DNA from: Takakia lepidozioides | Taxonomy: Eukaryota > Plantae > Bryophyta | DNA length: 64,000 nucleotides | Direction: 5' to 3' | NCBI GenBank assembly: GCA_030704615.1 | Contig: CM060733.1 | Span: forward strand, 21,080,001 to 21,144,000 | Part shown: piece by piece, positions 39,501 to 51,058 of the stretch | How positions within the stretch are numbered: the stretch's first letter is position 1 | Layout: the number at the start of each line of letters is the position of its first letter | Made by a program: the position numbers and the translations under genes | The notes under the pieces: generated by a model | Databases searched by the model: none | What the model saw: only the letters and a program-made list of their open reading frames with translations | What the model was told of the DNA's origin: nothing

Positions 39501-42260
39501 ACCTGACTGTCAAAGTCGTTGGACCGTAAAATGTTACCATCTTTGGAGAACTCCCGGAAAAAACAGTATCTCCAGGTGAGACCTCTCCACTTCCTTACGT
39601 ATGCCTCCAATGGCATTTGGGGAGGCGAAACAATCGAAATGTTCAGATCCTTCAAAGTCTGATCCAGCACAATGACGGAGCGCTTTTCGAGCTGCAAATT
39701 GTATATTTGTCAGAATTGCAAATAAGATACTCATCACATACTTGAAGAGAAGAAAACGGCATGTTTGAATACACACCTGACTCCAAAATGTAGCCTTGTG
39801 GAGCCAGTTATCAAACACCAAATCACTGATTCCTTCCACCTTTGTGCCAGGCTGTATGGTGCTCTTTGGGAACTGATTCAAGTCCTTTACTGTTTGATCT
39901 GACTTCCATATCTCCAGCCACCTTATTTTTGTTTGTGGGTCGACCATCGATATGGCCAGCCGGTGCAATTTCTCCTGCTGCATCTCCGGATGCACATGCT
40001 TGTCATAGTGTGTTTTGCTCTGTTGAAGGAACTCAAAACCAAGTCCAGGATCTACTATTCTAAGCTGTTTTTTGAAGGCGGACATCAATTTGGTTCTTCG
40101 CATTTCAAACTCCTTCTTTATTGCAGTTTCCACACCCTTTGATGTCCTTAGTTCCTCTGGTGTGGTGCGGTAATATTCGGATTTTCCCTTCTCAGTTGCC
40201 TCTGCCAGTTCTTGCTGCATTGATTCAAGTAGTGATTAGCACCAAAGGGACTACAAACATATATTCGAAAAGTAAACTGAGTATAGACTCGGGCTTACCG
40301 CATACATGTACTCCAGAAACGCCTCTCGTGTCAAAGAATACCAAGTGCTTGCAGATCTTCCTGTTTCGCACTTCTTGATGATATTGGGTGGTAGTACTGT
40401 CCGAAAATCATCCAGCTTCATCAGACCAATCCTCTAAATTCGGAATAGTGTGTGAACCAAGCTTGTTGTCACATGCGATTTCTCTATCGATCTGCAAAAA
40501 CATTGGAAACATTACATTCCTTAACACTGTTTTTTGGGTATTAATAAGACACTACAGAGGGAATGAAATCTCTTGGATGACTTACTTGTTCACGTCGTGC
40601 ATAGCTGTAAAAAGCCTAGCGATGTCGTTTCCAGGATCCAAAACCATTGCCTCCACAGCAACATGCTTGTCTTTGTCTTTCGCATGGTGTTTCTGAATGT
40701 ATCCCATCCATGCCAGCAATCGGTGGTTGCCGTCCCAGACGTAGAACATGTGGTTGCAGAATTGCTGGGTGTTCTTTCCCATCATGAGGCCCAGCTCGAA
40801 CTCCTCATTGGCATCTTTCCAGCACTCATCCCAGTTATCACTGATCTCTGGAGACACTAATGTGCTTTTCCCATTTATATCCGTCAGTGACACATAAAAA
40901 ACTTGTGCACCAAGTCTATATCCATGCACAAAATCACTCTCCAATTTTGTTATGTCATGGGAAAGAGGTGGACGCACAACAGGCATTGATATCATCCGAC
41001 ACAGAGGGATGTCCAGACGCCCTCCAGATACGAGCATGTCCCTTATAACCTCCTGAGAGTTTACCTTCTGGAATGACATGAGTTCTTTCACCTTGTCAAG
41101 GTAGTGCACTTCAGATTCATCTGCTTCATCTGTATTCTCTGAGCTTTTTCCGGACTCGTCCCCATCTCCAGATCCTTTCCCCTCTGATCCTGTAGGCTTC
41201 GACCTCATAGTTTTCTGCACGATGCCATTCAGTTCTGACTGAGTAATTTGCAAATAGTGAATGGCGGTAACGACCATCACTCTGTCTCAAAGAAACTCAC
41301 TATGAATGGTGTGAAACAATTCAGCACAATCTACACAAGCAAAGCTGATACTGTCGTATTCAAAACAAAAGCGAGAGCGATAGCGAACGGCGTTAACGAC
41401 AATCACAAAAGATAACGACCTGCCGGATCGATGTTGTGTAATGACATCTATGTGTAAGTGATTGGCGGCAACGACATTCAGTATAGTTTAGGGCGGACAG
41501 TAAGTGCAGATTATTCAGATTGACTCCACTGTGATTACCGTCGCCAGCATGGGAAGAGGAAGGACTGCTTGAAAGGTAATCAAACAGAATGTATGATCTG
41601 AACAACGATGATTGACGGTATGCCGACCCTCACTCTCTCTTCAAACACATAGGTACATAAATCTCATGAGGAGAATCGAATGGCGTTAACGACGCTCGCA
41701 ATTCAGTAGTTCCTGCTAAAGAAAGGAAGAGGAAGGACTCCTTGAAAGGCAATCAGACAGACTGTATGATCTGAACAACAGTGAATGACTGTACCGATAG
41801 TCACCCACTCATTATACAGTAAACCCTTAGCAAACGAGTAGAAAGCAAATCACCTTTGTGATGGTCGGTAGCGACAATCCCTGTCTGGGACATTCCACTC
41901 AATCTCTACGCATATCTTCAACAATGAAATGTAAGTTAGATAAAACTTATTGGCGCCTTCTTAGGTTTTGAAATTGGATCCCCTTCTGCAGTTTTCCTCT
42001 TCCCTCTCACATCTGCTGGAATTTCTGTCTACTCTAGGGTTTCTGGACCTTCTCCCGGTTCGGCGTTCCGCGTGCTTCCACCTCCTTCAGTGTCCCTGCG
42101 AATCATCTCTGCATCCACAGGCTGGCGCACTCTTATCGCCGACTGTGTCACAGCCGCTGCCTCAGTCTCCGTCTGCTCTTCTGAATCAGTCTCCGCGTTC
42201 ACCTGCTGCCTTGGCCCTGTGTTCTCCAACAAACAACGCCTTGTCATTTGCTCTCTTGCT
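36513..42260 (-). CDS. Spliced ParB/Srx-like domain + beta-class N4C/N6A DNA methyltransferase-fold protein, near intact (one TAG at 40434-40436 in the core, degraded 5' exon). Exons approx 41240-40586, 40491-40299, 40216-39777, 39691-39464, 38501-37850, 37737-37398, 37194-36908, 36812-36627, 36547-36513
   Basis: FYVWDGNHRLLAW is a ParB-type DGxHR motif. ADIVILDIPDG sits at the motif IV position. GAKEKSLAFKQILLESCSHRSARVVDLSVSTG|ATYHARKAGGRSLFGMEGDSDLY follows the motif X-I-II pattern. Splice phases are consistent at every junction checked. Confidence 0.8.
38643..39384. repeat. Array of seven 24-bp palindromes (GTGAATGkCGT-CA-ACGmCATTCAC) within about 300-bp higher-order repeats, intronic
   Basis: Copies start at 38643, 38749, 38932, 39039, 39134, 39245 and 39361. 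Confidence 0.9.
41257..41804. repeat. Second, more degenerate cluster of the same 24-bp palindrome
   Basis: Copies at 41257, 41383, 41458, 41676 and 41781. Confidence 0.7.
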
Positions 42261-42928
42261 CTGCGTCTCTCTCTAAGGGAAGTAAAATAAAGAGACTTTC
42301 TTCTCTTTCGTATTATAGAAGGAACCCTCTCCAGCTTGACTACCACTCTCTCTAAGCGCGAAAAGTAGAAAAACGCAGTGACTCCCGATTTCTTGCGGGA
42401 TTGCCTACGTTCTTGCGTGTCTCTAGAAGCATCGGATTCCCTCTCGCGTGACCGTTACACATAGTCGTTCCCTTATTAGTGCACATGCCAGCAATTGGTG
42501 TACAGCTGTTCGTATTCAGTTATGGATGTCTGACGTGTGTCGCCCAAAATAAACGGTGTGTTCTTTATTAGAACGGTTTCAATATTTAAAAATAACAGCG
42601 AATCCCAGAAATCTTGGCGCACAGTCTTACACAAATAAATGTAAATGAACGAGAGTTTGATGACAAATCTTGGAATATCATACACGGTCATTCTTGTTAG
42701 CCAAACCCCACATTCGTTTCACATTTGGAACTTTCCAGGTGCGCATTGGTAGTAGTATAAAGATACATTTACTTAATCTACAATCCCATCCTCAGATCCT
42801 GTGGATGGGACCAGGAAGTCGGCTTTGTTATTGGGTTTATTGATGAGGTTCTGGTTAACGGTTTAACAGCTGCCGACACTACTCCTAGGGATACTCTGAC
42901 CACTGGGCCCACAAGAAAAGTAATTAAA

Positions 42929-43165
42929 ATGGTATTCACAATCATCACTTCCACATCTGTTGTTCATGACAAGACCTACGACATCACGGTTTCCAATTTC
43001 CCCAATTGCACATGTCCTGATTTTGTGAATATGCTATCAACCAGTTTGGGCAAGAGAGGTAAATTCATACCCTGCAAACATTTGTATTTCATATTTTTGA
43101 AGAGGATGGTTTGCGATCCCAAACGTGACAACTTCATTCACCAGACCACTTTGTTTTTACTATGA
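42929..43165 (+). pseudogene. SWIM zinc-finger fragment
   Basis: YDITVSNFPNCTCPDF...FIPCKHLYFIF matches CxC-xn-CxH. Confidence 0.8.
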
Positions 43166-43345
43166 GGTGCCACTGAAAGAGGTGTACGGTGCAGTACACC
43201 CCTTTCCAGGGTGTTTTTTTTTGGGGGTTTTTCTTAGGGTTTTTTAAGGTTTAGGGTTTTTTAGGGTTGTTTTTCTTACTGTGTGGTGCCACTGAAAGAG
43301 GTGTGCAGTGCCGCACACCCCTTTTCAGGATTTTCTCTTTTCTTT
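43155..43345 (+). repeat. Two tandem hairpin units of about 119 bp with T-rich/TTAGGG-like spacer
   Basis: GGTGCCACTGAAAGAGGTGTrC...GyACACCCCTTTyCAGG at about 43166 and 43285. Confidence 0.85.
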
Positions 43346-44825
43346 TTTGGTGGTTTCTTAGGGGCTCCGTGGTCGTTCTCCATGGAAACGTAAAACGTGG
43401 CAGACCCCATTCGATATCCCTCCCGGAAAGCTCTGAGTGACAACTTTTAGGTAGTGCACATTTGTCATTGCACCGTTCGAAGTCTACATGTCTTGCTGTC
43501 GCTATGCACTACAATCATCTTTTGAAGATGATCCTAACTCTCATTGTTATTTGAGGAGGGAGGAAGGTCTTCCCGTGGCAGCCTTTATGGCGCACACTTT
43601 GTGAGGATATTTTTTCGTCCTCGTAATTGTAAAAGTGAAACAAGCATTTGTAATTGCACAATGTTGGATGCTGCAATTGTAGGCCTCAACACTCGTCTTG
43701 ATTCTATTTAGGCAAGATTCCCTGCATTAATTCCACAGTCATAGGACCATCCACGGTTATAGGCGGCGCATGTTAATGCTGACGTGGCAGATGACGGGCA
43801 GTGCCACGTCATCATTTACCGCCACATTAGCATGCTGACATGACGCTCATGCCACGTCAGCGTGTGTGCAGGCTCACGCCACGTCACTCCTGCGTGAGCG
43901 TATGCTCGCGCGCTCATGCCATTGCGTCGTTGTATTTCCGACCCCCTACGCTTCCCTGCTGTGCTGCCTACTCCCCTGTGTCTTCCCCCGTTCGCACCTA
44001 GCCTCTGTGCCCCGTGTCTGCTCTCGCGTGTGCTCCCCTGTTATGTTGTCTGCTCCCCTCCACGCTCCCCTGCTGTGTGTCCCCTATTTTTCTGACACTT
44101 TTTTGGTGTATGCAATTCCCTTTTTATACTCTAATGGTCTTCGATACATGGCTGCACGGCATACCCGTAGCCTATGTCATATCAGCCAGGAACAAAATGG
44201 CCAATATTGTTCCATGGCTTCGCTCCTTGCTATCAGTACTCAGGGAAGATAAATCCGCTTGGCGACCCAATGCCTTCATTGTTGATGACGCCGATGCGGA
44301 AATCAATGCGATTCGGTGAGTTCACTTTCATTACCTTTAATTTCAGGGGTTTTTAGATCATTTTTGTATTCCCAAGGCTTACCAAACCCATTCCTCTATT
44401 GCAGGGAGGTGTTTCCAGATGTTGCGATTTACCTCTGCTTGTGGCATGTTCGCCGTGCTTGGTTGAAAAATGATATAAGGAAGATCAAGGATGGACAACT
44501 TGCAAGTCTCGTGCTGAAGGGTATGGGTCAGATGATGTACAGCAAGGAGGCTTCGGGGGGGGGGGGGTGATGCGGCAAAGGAATGGGCTGAATTGCAACT
44601 GTGGATGTTGGAGTGCACATATCCAGATGCAGGGGATTTCTGGGATTACATCCACAAGGAGTGGGTTCCAAAATTTAAAATGTGGGTCACGGGAGCGCGC
44701 AATGTTCCGCATGCCAGCCAAGACCAAAAAGCAGGCATTGAAGCGTACCATGGCAACCTTAAAGCAAGGTTGCGTAGTGGAAAAGAGAAAATGGACGGGC
44801 GTAGAATGGACTGGTTAATATACGA

Positions 44826-46597
44826 GGGGAGTGTGGGTATTACGCAATGACTCTTGTACACCGGTATCTTGATAACTTCTTCTCTGAATCGCGTGCTCCG
44901 ACGTACAAGACAAAAGACTGGTTTTCTAAGACTGAAGCACTGGGTAGCAGAGTCATATTAGCAAAGTGGGTTTTAGAGCACATGGTAAGCCCAAACACTA
45001 TTTATGAGTGTCGCTTGACTGACTCCCAGCCAGACCCTTCTGATGTTGTCATCATTGCATCGATGGGCAATGTTGAGCCCTGTCATGATGCCATCTTTGT
45101 CGAGGGAGGCATTGCAGGCCAAGCTGTAGAGGCAATTGCACAGGACATTGTAGAGTCGCTGTAGAGGGCTGCTGTGTTGGAGTGACCCCTGCTGCTGTAC
45201 CGTGTTTGGGCTGAATATAATCATGGCAATCGTCGGTGTGCATGCAATTGTGCTCCCCTCTTGTTGCAGTGCTACATTCCTTGTGCTCTTCTGTGCTCCC
45301 CTCACCTCTCCAAACTCCCCTGCATGCTCCCTTGCTAACCATGCCCCCCTGCTCCCCTCTGCCTCAGCAGGTTAAGGGCTCCCTACTCCCCTGTATGTCC
45401 GCTCCCCTGAGTTGCTCCCACCTCACCTGCTTCCCTGGCCTCCCCCGCTCCCCTGCTTGTTGCGCTCCCCGGTTTCGCTCCCCCTGCTCCCTATGCCCTT
45501 CTCTGCTCTTGTGCTCCCCAGTTGTTGTGCTACCCTGTACTCCGTTCCCCTGGGTCTCTTGTACTGCTTGCATGCTCCTTTGCGCTCCCCTATTTTGGTC
45601 CCAAGCTCCCCTGTACTCCGCTCCCCCGGCATGCTCCCCTCTGCTCCCCTGTGTCGCTGTCCTGCTCCCGTGCTCCCTCCGTTCTTTGCTCCCCTGTTAG
45701 CCGCTCCTTGCTCCTCTGCTCCCTATTCGCTCCCCTGTTCGCTCCCCTGCTCCTGTGCTCCCCAGCCTTGCATTGCTCCCCTGTTCTCCGCACCCCTTTT
45801 CGCTCCCCTGCTCCTGTGCTCCCCAGCCTCGCATTGCTCCCCCATACTCCGCACCCATGGGTCATTCCCCCGCTTGCATGGCCGTTCCCCCGTACATGTC
45901 TGCTCCCATGCTTGCGTGGCTCCCTTGTTGCTCTTGCTCCCCTGGCGCTATGATGCATGTGAGGGTTATGGGCCTCCGAACCCTAAAACGCGAAGACAAA
46001 CACAATGGAGTCCTGCAGGCCATTGGAACCTAATGCGGCTAAAATTGTGTTGTGTGTTACAAAACATGGAGAGCTGACGGGAGGTTTGTGGGGTTGCCCC
46101 CTCCCCGGTGGAGTAGTGCGATGGTTGTTGTCTGTGCGGGACTTATGCACTCCAATCGATGACTGGATACCATTTAATGAAGAGGACGACTCGCCTATTC
46201 CTGTCCATGAAGTGCGACATGTATTGCGGTGTGCTTTGATCCATCCCAGTTTTGATGGACGGGAGGCGGTTTGGATATGCTATCACAACCTCTTTCGGAC
46301 AAGGCACAAAACGCAACGGCCATGTCGGTTTTCCATCCTGAAACACATGATATTGTTTGCAGATTTGTTGATGACAGACTGGAGGTGTCATGGTGGACTA
46401 CAACAATGGCTGCACATGTTGGTATGTTGTTGCTGCGTGTATACTGGGAGGAAATGCATCCATCGCAGTTTTATACTAGGAAGTTACAGATATGCCGATT
46501 CAGCGAAGGGGCATGGCAGTTCTTAACTCCCATACATAGTACTGTGATGGAAGAGCCACCACATTGGGAGGAGGTGTACGCAGAAATGTGGAATTGA
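44826..46597 (+). pseudogene. MULE cargo: Ulp1/C48-like protease tail followed by an unknown C-terminal exon
   Basis: GECGYYAMTLVHRY...DWFSKTEALGSRVIL resembles the Ulp1 catalytic-Cys region. A C-rich intron lies at about 45170-45950, and a frameshifted exon runs to the stop at 46597. Confidence 0.55.
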
Positions 46598-47087
46598 CTT
46601 AGAAGCATAATAAGCATAGTGAGAGTAGTGGTGTGTTTAGACATCAAGCATGAATGACTCACATAATAAAATTGGGTTTGAAATCACAAATGTCACTTCC
46701 CCATAGATTGTAGGCCATGCCCGGGTCTTTTGTATTTAACGTGGCTACACTTACCAGGGGGGGAGAGGACAGGGGGGCACAGGGTAGGGGGCACAGATAA
46801 AGGGGGCACATGAGCAGGGGCCCACATTACAGGGGAGCAGAGCAGACACGATAGTTTGGAGGAAAATGCCTGCATAGGGAGCAGTGGAGGACCGGTAGTA
46901 GGGGGGCAGAGGACAGGGGAGCACAGGGCAAGGGGGCACAGGAGACAAGACAGTTTTGAGGAACCGGGACTACAGAGGGGAGCAGTGGAGGAGCGGTAGC
47001 AGGGATGAGAGGGGAGCAGACAGGCCTCAGTATTGGAGAGTGCAGGGGAGCAGGAGAGCACTACAAGACAATGGCACATGCTAAATT

Positions 47088-50000
47088 CTAGAATGCGGGT
47101 TGTCTATTGCATGCAACAGTGTGCATGACACGTAATATATTTGCAGAACCTGGATTGGACTTCATTCGATTGGCAACTGCTCCCCGAGGATGAGGCCGTC
47201 TCCCAAAGATGTTGGCCTCAACAAAATCCTTACGCCGTTTCAAGCTCCTTCCTGAATCGTCTTCAACGGGATTAAACCTTTTCGCTGTAGGGTGGGACAG
47301 CCCCGCCTTTCCGCGCGCAATCAAAGTGAGGAGGCGTCATTTACTGACCCTAAGTTGAGAGAGCAAATGTTCCTGCAGAACGATGTCGTTGCCAACAATG
47401 TCAGTGAGCATCTTGTTTTCAGCGGCAATGGCAAACCCTTGTCTTTGGGTATGAGGCTCATGACTGGAAGGTGGAGTCTCCTGCTCTGGTGGAGTGGGTG
47501 GTGACATTGTCTGCTCCCCTGTTGCACTCTCCACGAGTTTGTCGAGACCCCCGTTGACAGTGCCAAGCAACGTGCCACATATTCGCACAATGATATCATC
47601 TTGCAAATCTGGTTTCAGCAACTGCAACACCTTGACTTGATGCTTGCACAAGTTGCAGCCCATGGGCAATCGCAACATGCCCATTCTGATGTAGGATTGT
47701 GGATCGTGCAGACTACTCCAGGCTTTTGATTGACTTTTGACATATGCTGGCAAGTTGTCTCCAGCGGGCAATTCTACATCTGACTCCGGTATCTCCCATG
47801 CTAGGAAGAATGCATTAGACATGAAGTTCTCCTGTCTTTTGTTGCTAATGAACCCATGCGCCTTCAAGTAATGTACCAGTAGTGGGTAAGTAAACCTTCT
47901 TTCCAAGGAAAGGCAAACACAGGGTGAAAATACCTTGAGCACAATGGGATGATGTACGTCAGGTGGTCCCAGTCTTTCCCCGGTTCTAGTCTTGCATCCA
48001 GAACGTGCGTATGTACTCCCTGTTGTACCATCCTCAGCCCTTCCGGGTCGTCCTTTGCAATTTTGTCAACATGATTGTAGAGCCACGCCCACATAGTCCA
48101 CGACACAACTAGAACGTCATCAATGTCGTCCGCATCTGCATGGCTATCCTCTGCTAACCGACAATACGCCGTTACCATGTCTCCTATGACTTCTCCATGG
48201 CGATTCCCCATAGCGTCCCAATCCCAATCCCCCAAAGTGCATCTAAGATGACTATCACGTGCAAAGAAGTGAACAGTGGACTTCCCTTGAGCATCCAACA
48301 CTGTCTGAATTTGAGCTCTCAACCTGCACATGCCATTCCCAACATGCAAATCAAACACATGGGAGCAACAACAGGGGAGCAGGGAGCAGGGGGGCACAGA
48401 GCAGGGGAGTACAAACAGGGGATCGGGGAAGCATGAAGTAGAGAAGTATGGGCAGGGGAGCACGGAAGTTGGAGGTAAGCAGGGAAGCAACGAGCAAGAA
48501 GAGAGTAGGAGGATTAGGAGAGCAAGATCTGGGGAGCATGGACAAGGGCAGGGAGCAAGAGGAAGCACACTGGAGGGGAAATTGGGGAGCAACGAAGACC
48601 CCTGCATGTACAAGGGAGCAATGAAGACCCCAGGGAATCTGGGGCAGGAACAGGGGAGCACAGAGGGGGTCTTGCAGGGAGGAAGATGAAGCTCAGCAAG
48701 CAGGGAGTATGGACAGGGGAGCAGGGACAGGCGAGGAAGGGTGCAAGGGAGCAGTGGAAGAGGGGGCAGCGGCAAAGGAGGTGAAATAGTGGAACAAACA
48801 ACATTGATAGGAACCATGATGTAGAACTTACCCCACAAGTTCTGTCCATTGCTCTTGCGCCTTCATTTTGTCTTCCTCCTCTTGCAAGTGTTTGTGGTCA
48901 TCTATCTTGTCCTTTTACTTGCCTTGCCGAATCTTTGGTCTCTTCACCTCCTGCTTTTTCTTGTCTTTGCCGACCGCGCGATCAGCCCCCGTCTTTGGCC
49001 GCACATCTTCTTCACCACCCTCCGGACGAGGACCTCGAATAGTGAGCTTCCATTTCCGTGCTGGTGGATCCCCCTCCTGCATCTGCACATCCGCGGTACG
49101 ATGGAGGGGAGCGATAGTCACAGTCACCGAATCTGGTGGTGCTGCAGATCCGAGTGTACTTGTGGTAGAGGGGAGCAAGAGTCCAACGTTGGTGTGCAAC
49201 GTGCCTTGCGTACATGTTGTCAGGGGTGGAAACGCAGGTGGTGGCATTGGGGGAGCAGACACCGCTCCCCTCATCCTTGGTAACGGGGGCACAGAATCCA
49301 GCTGCAGAAATGCGTCGCACTCCATCTTCCTCGTGCGCGCTGGGAGCCCGTAAATTGCCCCTCACAGGGGTTGCAGGTGTATCATGGACTGGCTCCATGG
49401 CGGCGGGGGACCCTTGATGTGCTCGGTTTTGTGGAGGAAGGAGGAGAAAAAGCGGCCCCCCCTGCACATCATGCACGCCCCCAAACATGTCCTGCCATTC
49501 AGAGGTTGAAAGAAACGCATCCGGGCTTGCAGAAATTAGTGATGGGGGCCTCATCGGGCTGAGGACTGGGTAGGGGACTAGAGACACAAAGCAAGAGGGG
49601 GTCAGAGGACGGCTGGGGAGCAGGGAAGTCGAGCAGAGACAGAAACACAGAGGGGGTCAGACGATGGCTGGGGAGCAATGAGTGATGTAATCAGGGGAGT
49701 AGAAACAGCCCTGGGTCACAAGACGGCTGGGAAGCAGGCACCGGAATAGCTAGGGGAGCAGAGATGGAAAGCAAGGTGGGGGGGGGGGGGTCAGAGAACA
49801 TGGGGGGATCAGGGACATCCCTGGGTGTGGGACGAGAGACAACAATACAGAGGGGGTCAGACGATGGCTAGGGAGCAGGGATCTCAATAAGCGGGGAGTA
49901 GAGACAGGAGGTAAGAGGGCATCAGAAGACAAGGACCTCAGTAGGTAGGGGAGCAGAGACCGAAAGCAAGAGGGGGTCGGACGAATTGCAGGGAGCAGGG

Positions 50001-50990
50001 GCTGTAGTGGGCGTAGGAGGAGACAGTACAACAACCAAGGGGGGGTCAGAGGACGGCAGGGGAGCAGAGATAGAAAGCAAAGGGGGGTCTGAGGCCGAGT
50101 GGGGAGCAGACTCGGGAGCAGAGACGACAGGCAGGGGGGGGCGACGACAGAGGATCAGACACATTAGGTGAGAGGTGTGAGGGTTCGGCGGAGAAGGGAT
50201 CATGCGGGTGGTTCAACATTTCATTTGCGGGCCCCAAAGTATCATCAAAATGCTGGAGGTCCAATTGCGATCACTGCAGGGCATTTGTATTCACCTGTGA
50301 CAGTGGAACTGATACATTTCTGGCTATAGAATACCGGTATTAGGCATCAATTTGATCACGAGCAATCTTCATGGAGCGGACTGCCTCCATGTACTTGGCT
50401 GCAGCATCCTTGTAAAATCCAAAGTCAAAGTCATGTCCACCTGCACACGAAATTCATGTTTCGACTCAGAGAATGTGTGGCACAGCAAGGCAAGAAGACA
50501 GGGGAACGAATAACCATTCAGGGGGCTAAAAAGGGAGCAAAACAATGCAGGTGGAAACAGGGGATCATGGAATGGTGTTGGGGAGCAAGAGAGGGCAGAT
50601 CAAACAGGGGAGCAAGGCATGACAGTGGAATGCAAAGGTAAGGGAGTGGGGAAGACTAACTTATGTTGTCGTCACATATATGTGTTGGGGAAACATATCC
50701 AATGTCCAACGTCTCTCTCAATCACAGTGCACGCTTGAAGTTTCGGAGGGCTTCTGGAAATCTGTCCTGTCCATAGTACTTTGAGATAGCCACAAGATAT
50801 CTAGTACGTTGTTGGCTGCATCATCGAAAACAATCGCAAACAATCGAAAAATCAGAGGTAAGAAAGCCATCATCATATTGCGAACTCAAAGATGAAACCG
50901 TCACATGCGAAGAAAAAACCCTCGCTAGGTCTGGAAGCCGCTCTTATACCTCGGTTGTGGAACGTCGATGGAAAATAGATGGTGACAATC
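47088..50990 (-). pseudogene. Second, convergent MULE gene, degenerate and multi-exon, possibly containing a Ulp1-like domain
   Basis: Coding-like exons (YLVAISKYYGQDRFPEALRNFKRAL*, DFGFYKDAAAKYME, HGEVIGDMVTAYCRL...YIIPLC) separated by CTCCCC-rich introns. Contains stops and frameshifts. Confidence 0.5.
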
Positions 50991-51058
50991 GTATGATTAA
51001 ACAGGCCACACATGGGAGCGAAGGAGCGGGAGCGGAGAGCGTGGTAAAGGAGGGGAGC

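Larger units (their letters stand above)
35656..43931 (-). mobile_element. 8.3-kb nested DNA element of uncertain class carrying a ParB-methyltransferase gene and a SWIM remnant
   Basis: Direct repeat GTATTTCCGAC at 35645-35655 and 43932-43942. Imperfect inverted ends AGGGATGCCTCGGCATGAGC and the reverse complement AACGACGCAATGGCATGAGC. The host CTCCCC-rich intron is continuous on both sides. Confidence 0.8.
34120..44830 (+). pseudogene. MULE transposase, degenerate. Exons approx 34120-35411, 44120-44316 and 44405-44826, with the first intron carrying the 8.3-kb insertion
   Basis: YHCAYGPED, KRGCCCSF, FFYQE..LTIGIQTPWQ..ACDATFGTN | FPFYTLMVFD..GIPVAYVI..FIVDDADAEINAI | LCLWHVRRAW..IEAYHGNLK..RRMDWLIYE (DDE core). 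Contains frameshifts and stops. Confidence 0.88.

Noticed and set aside
35656-43931. Bacterial or phage contamination explaining the ParB-methylase
   Set aside because: The gene has at least eight in-phase GT-AG introns and is embedded, with a target duplication, in a plant MULE intron.
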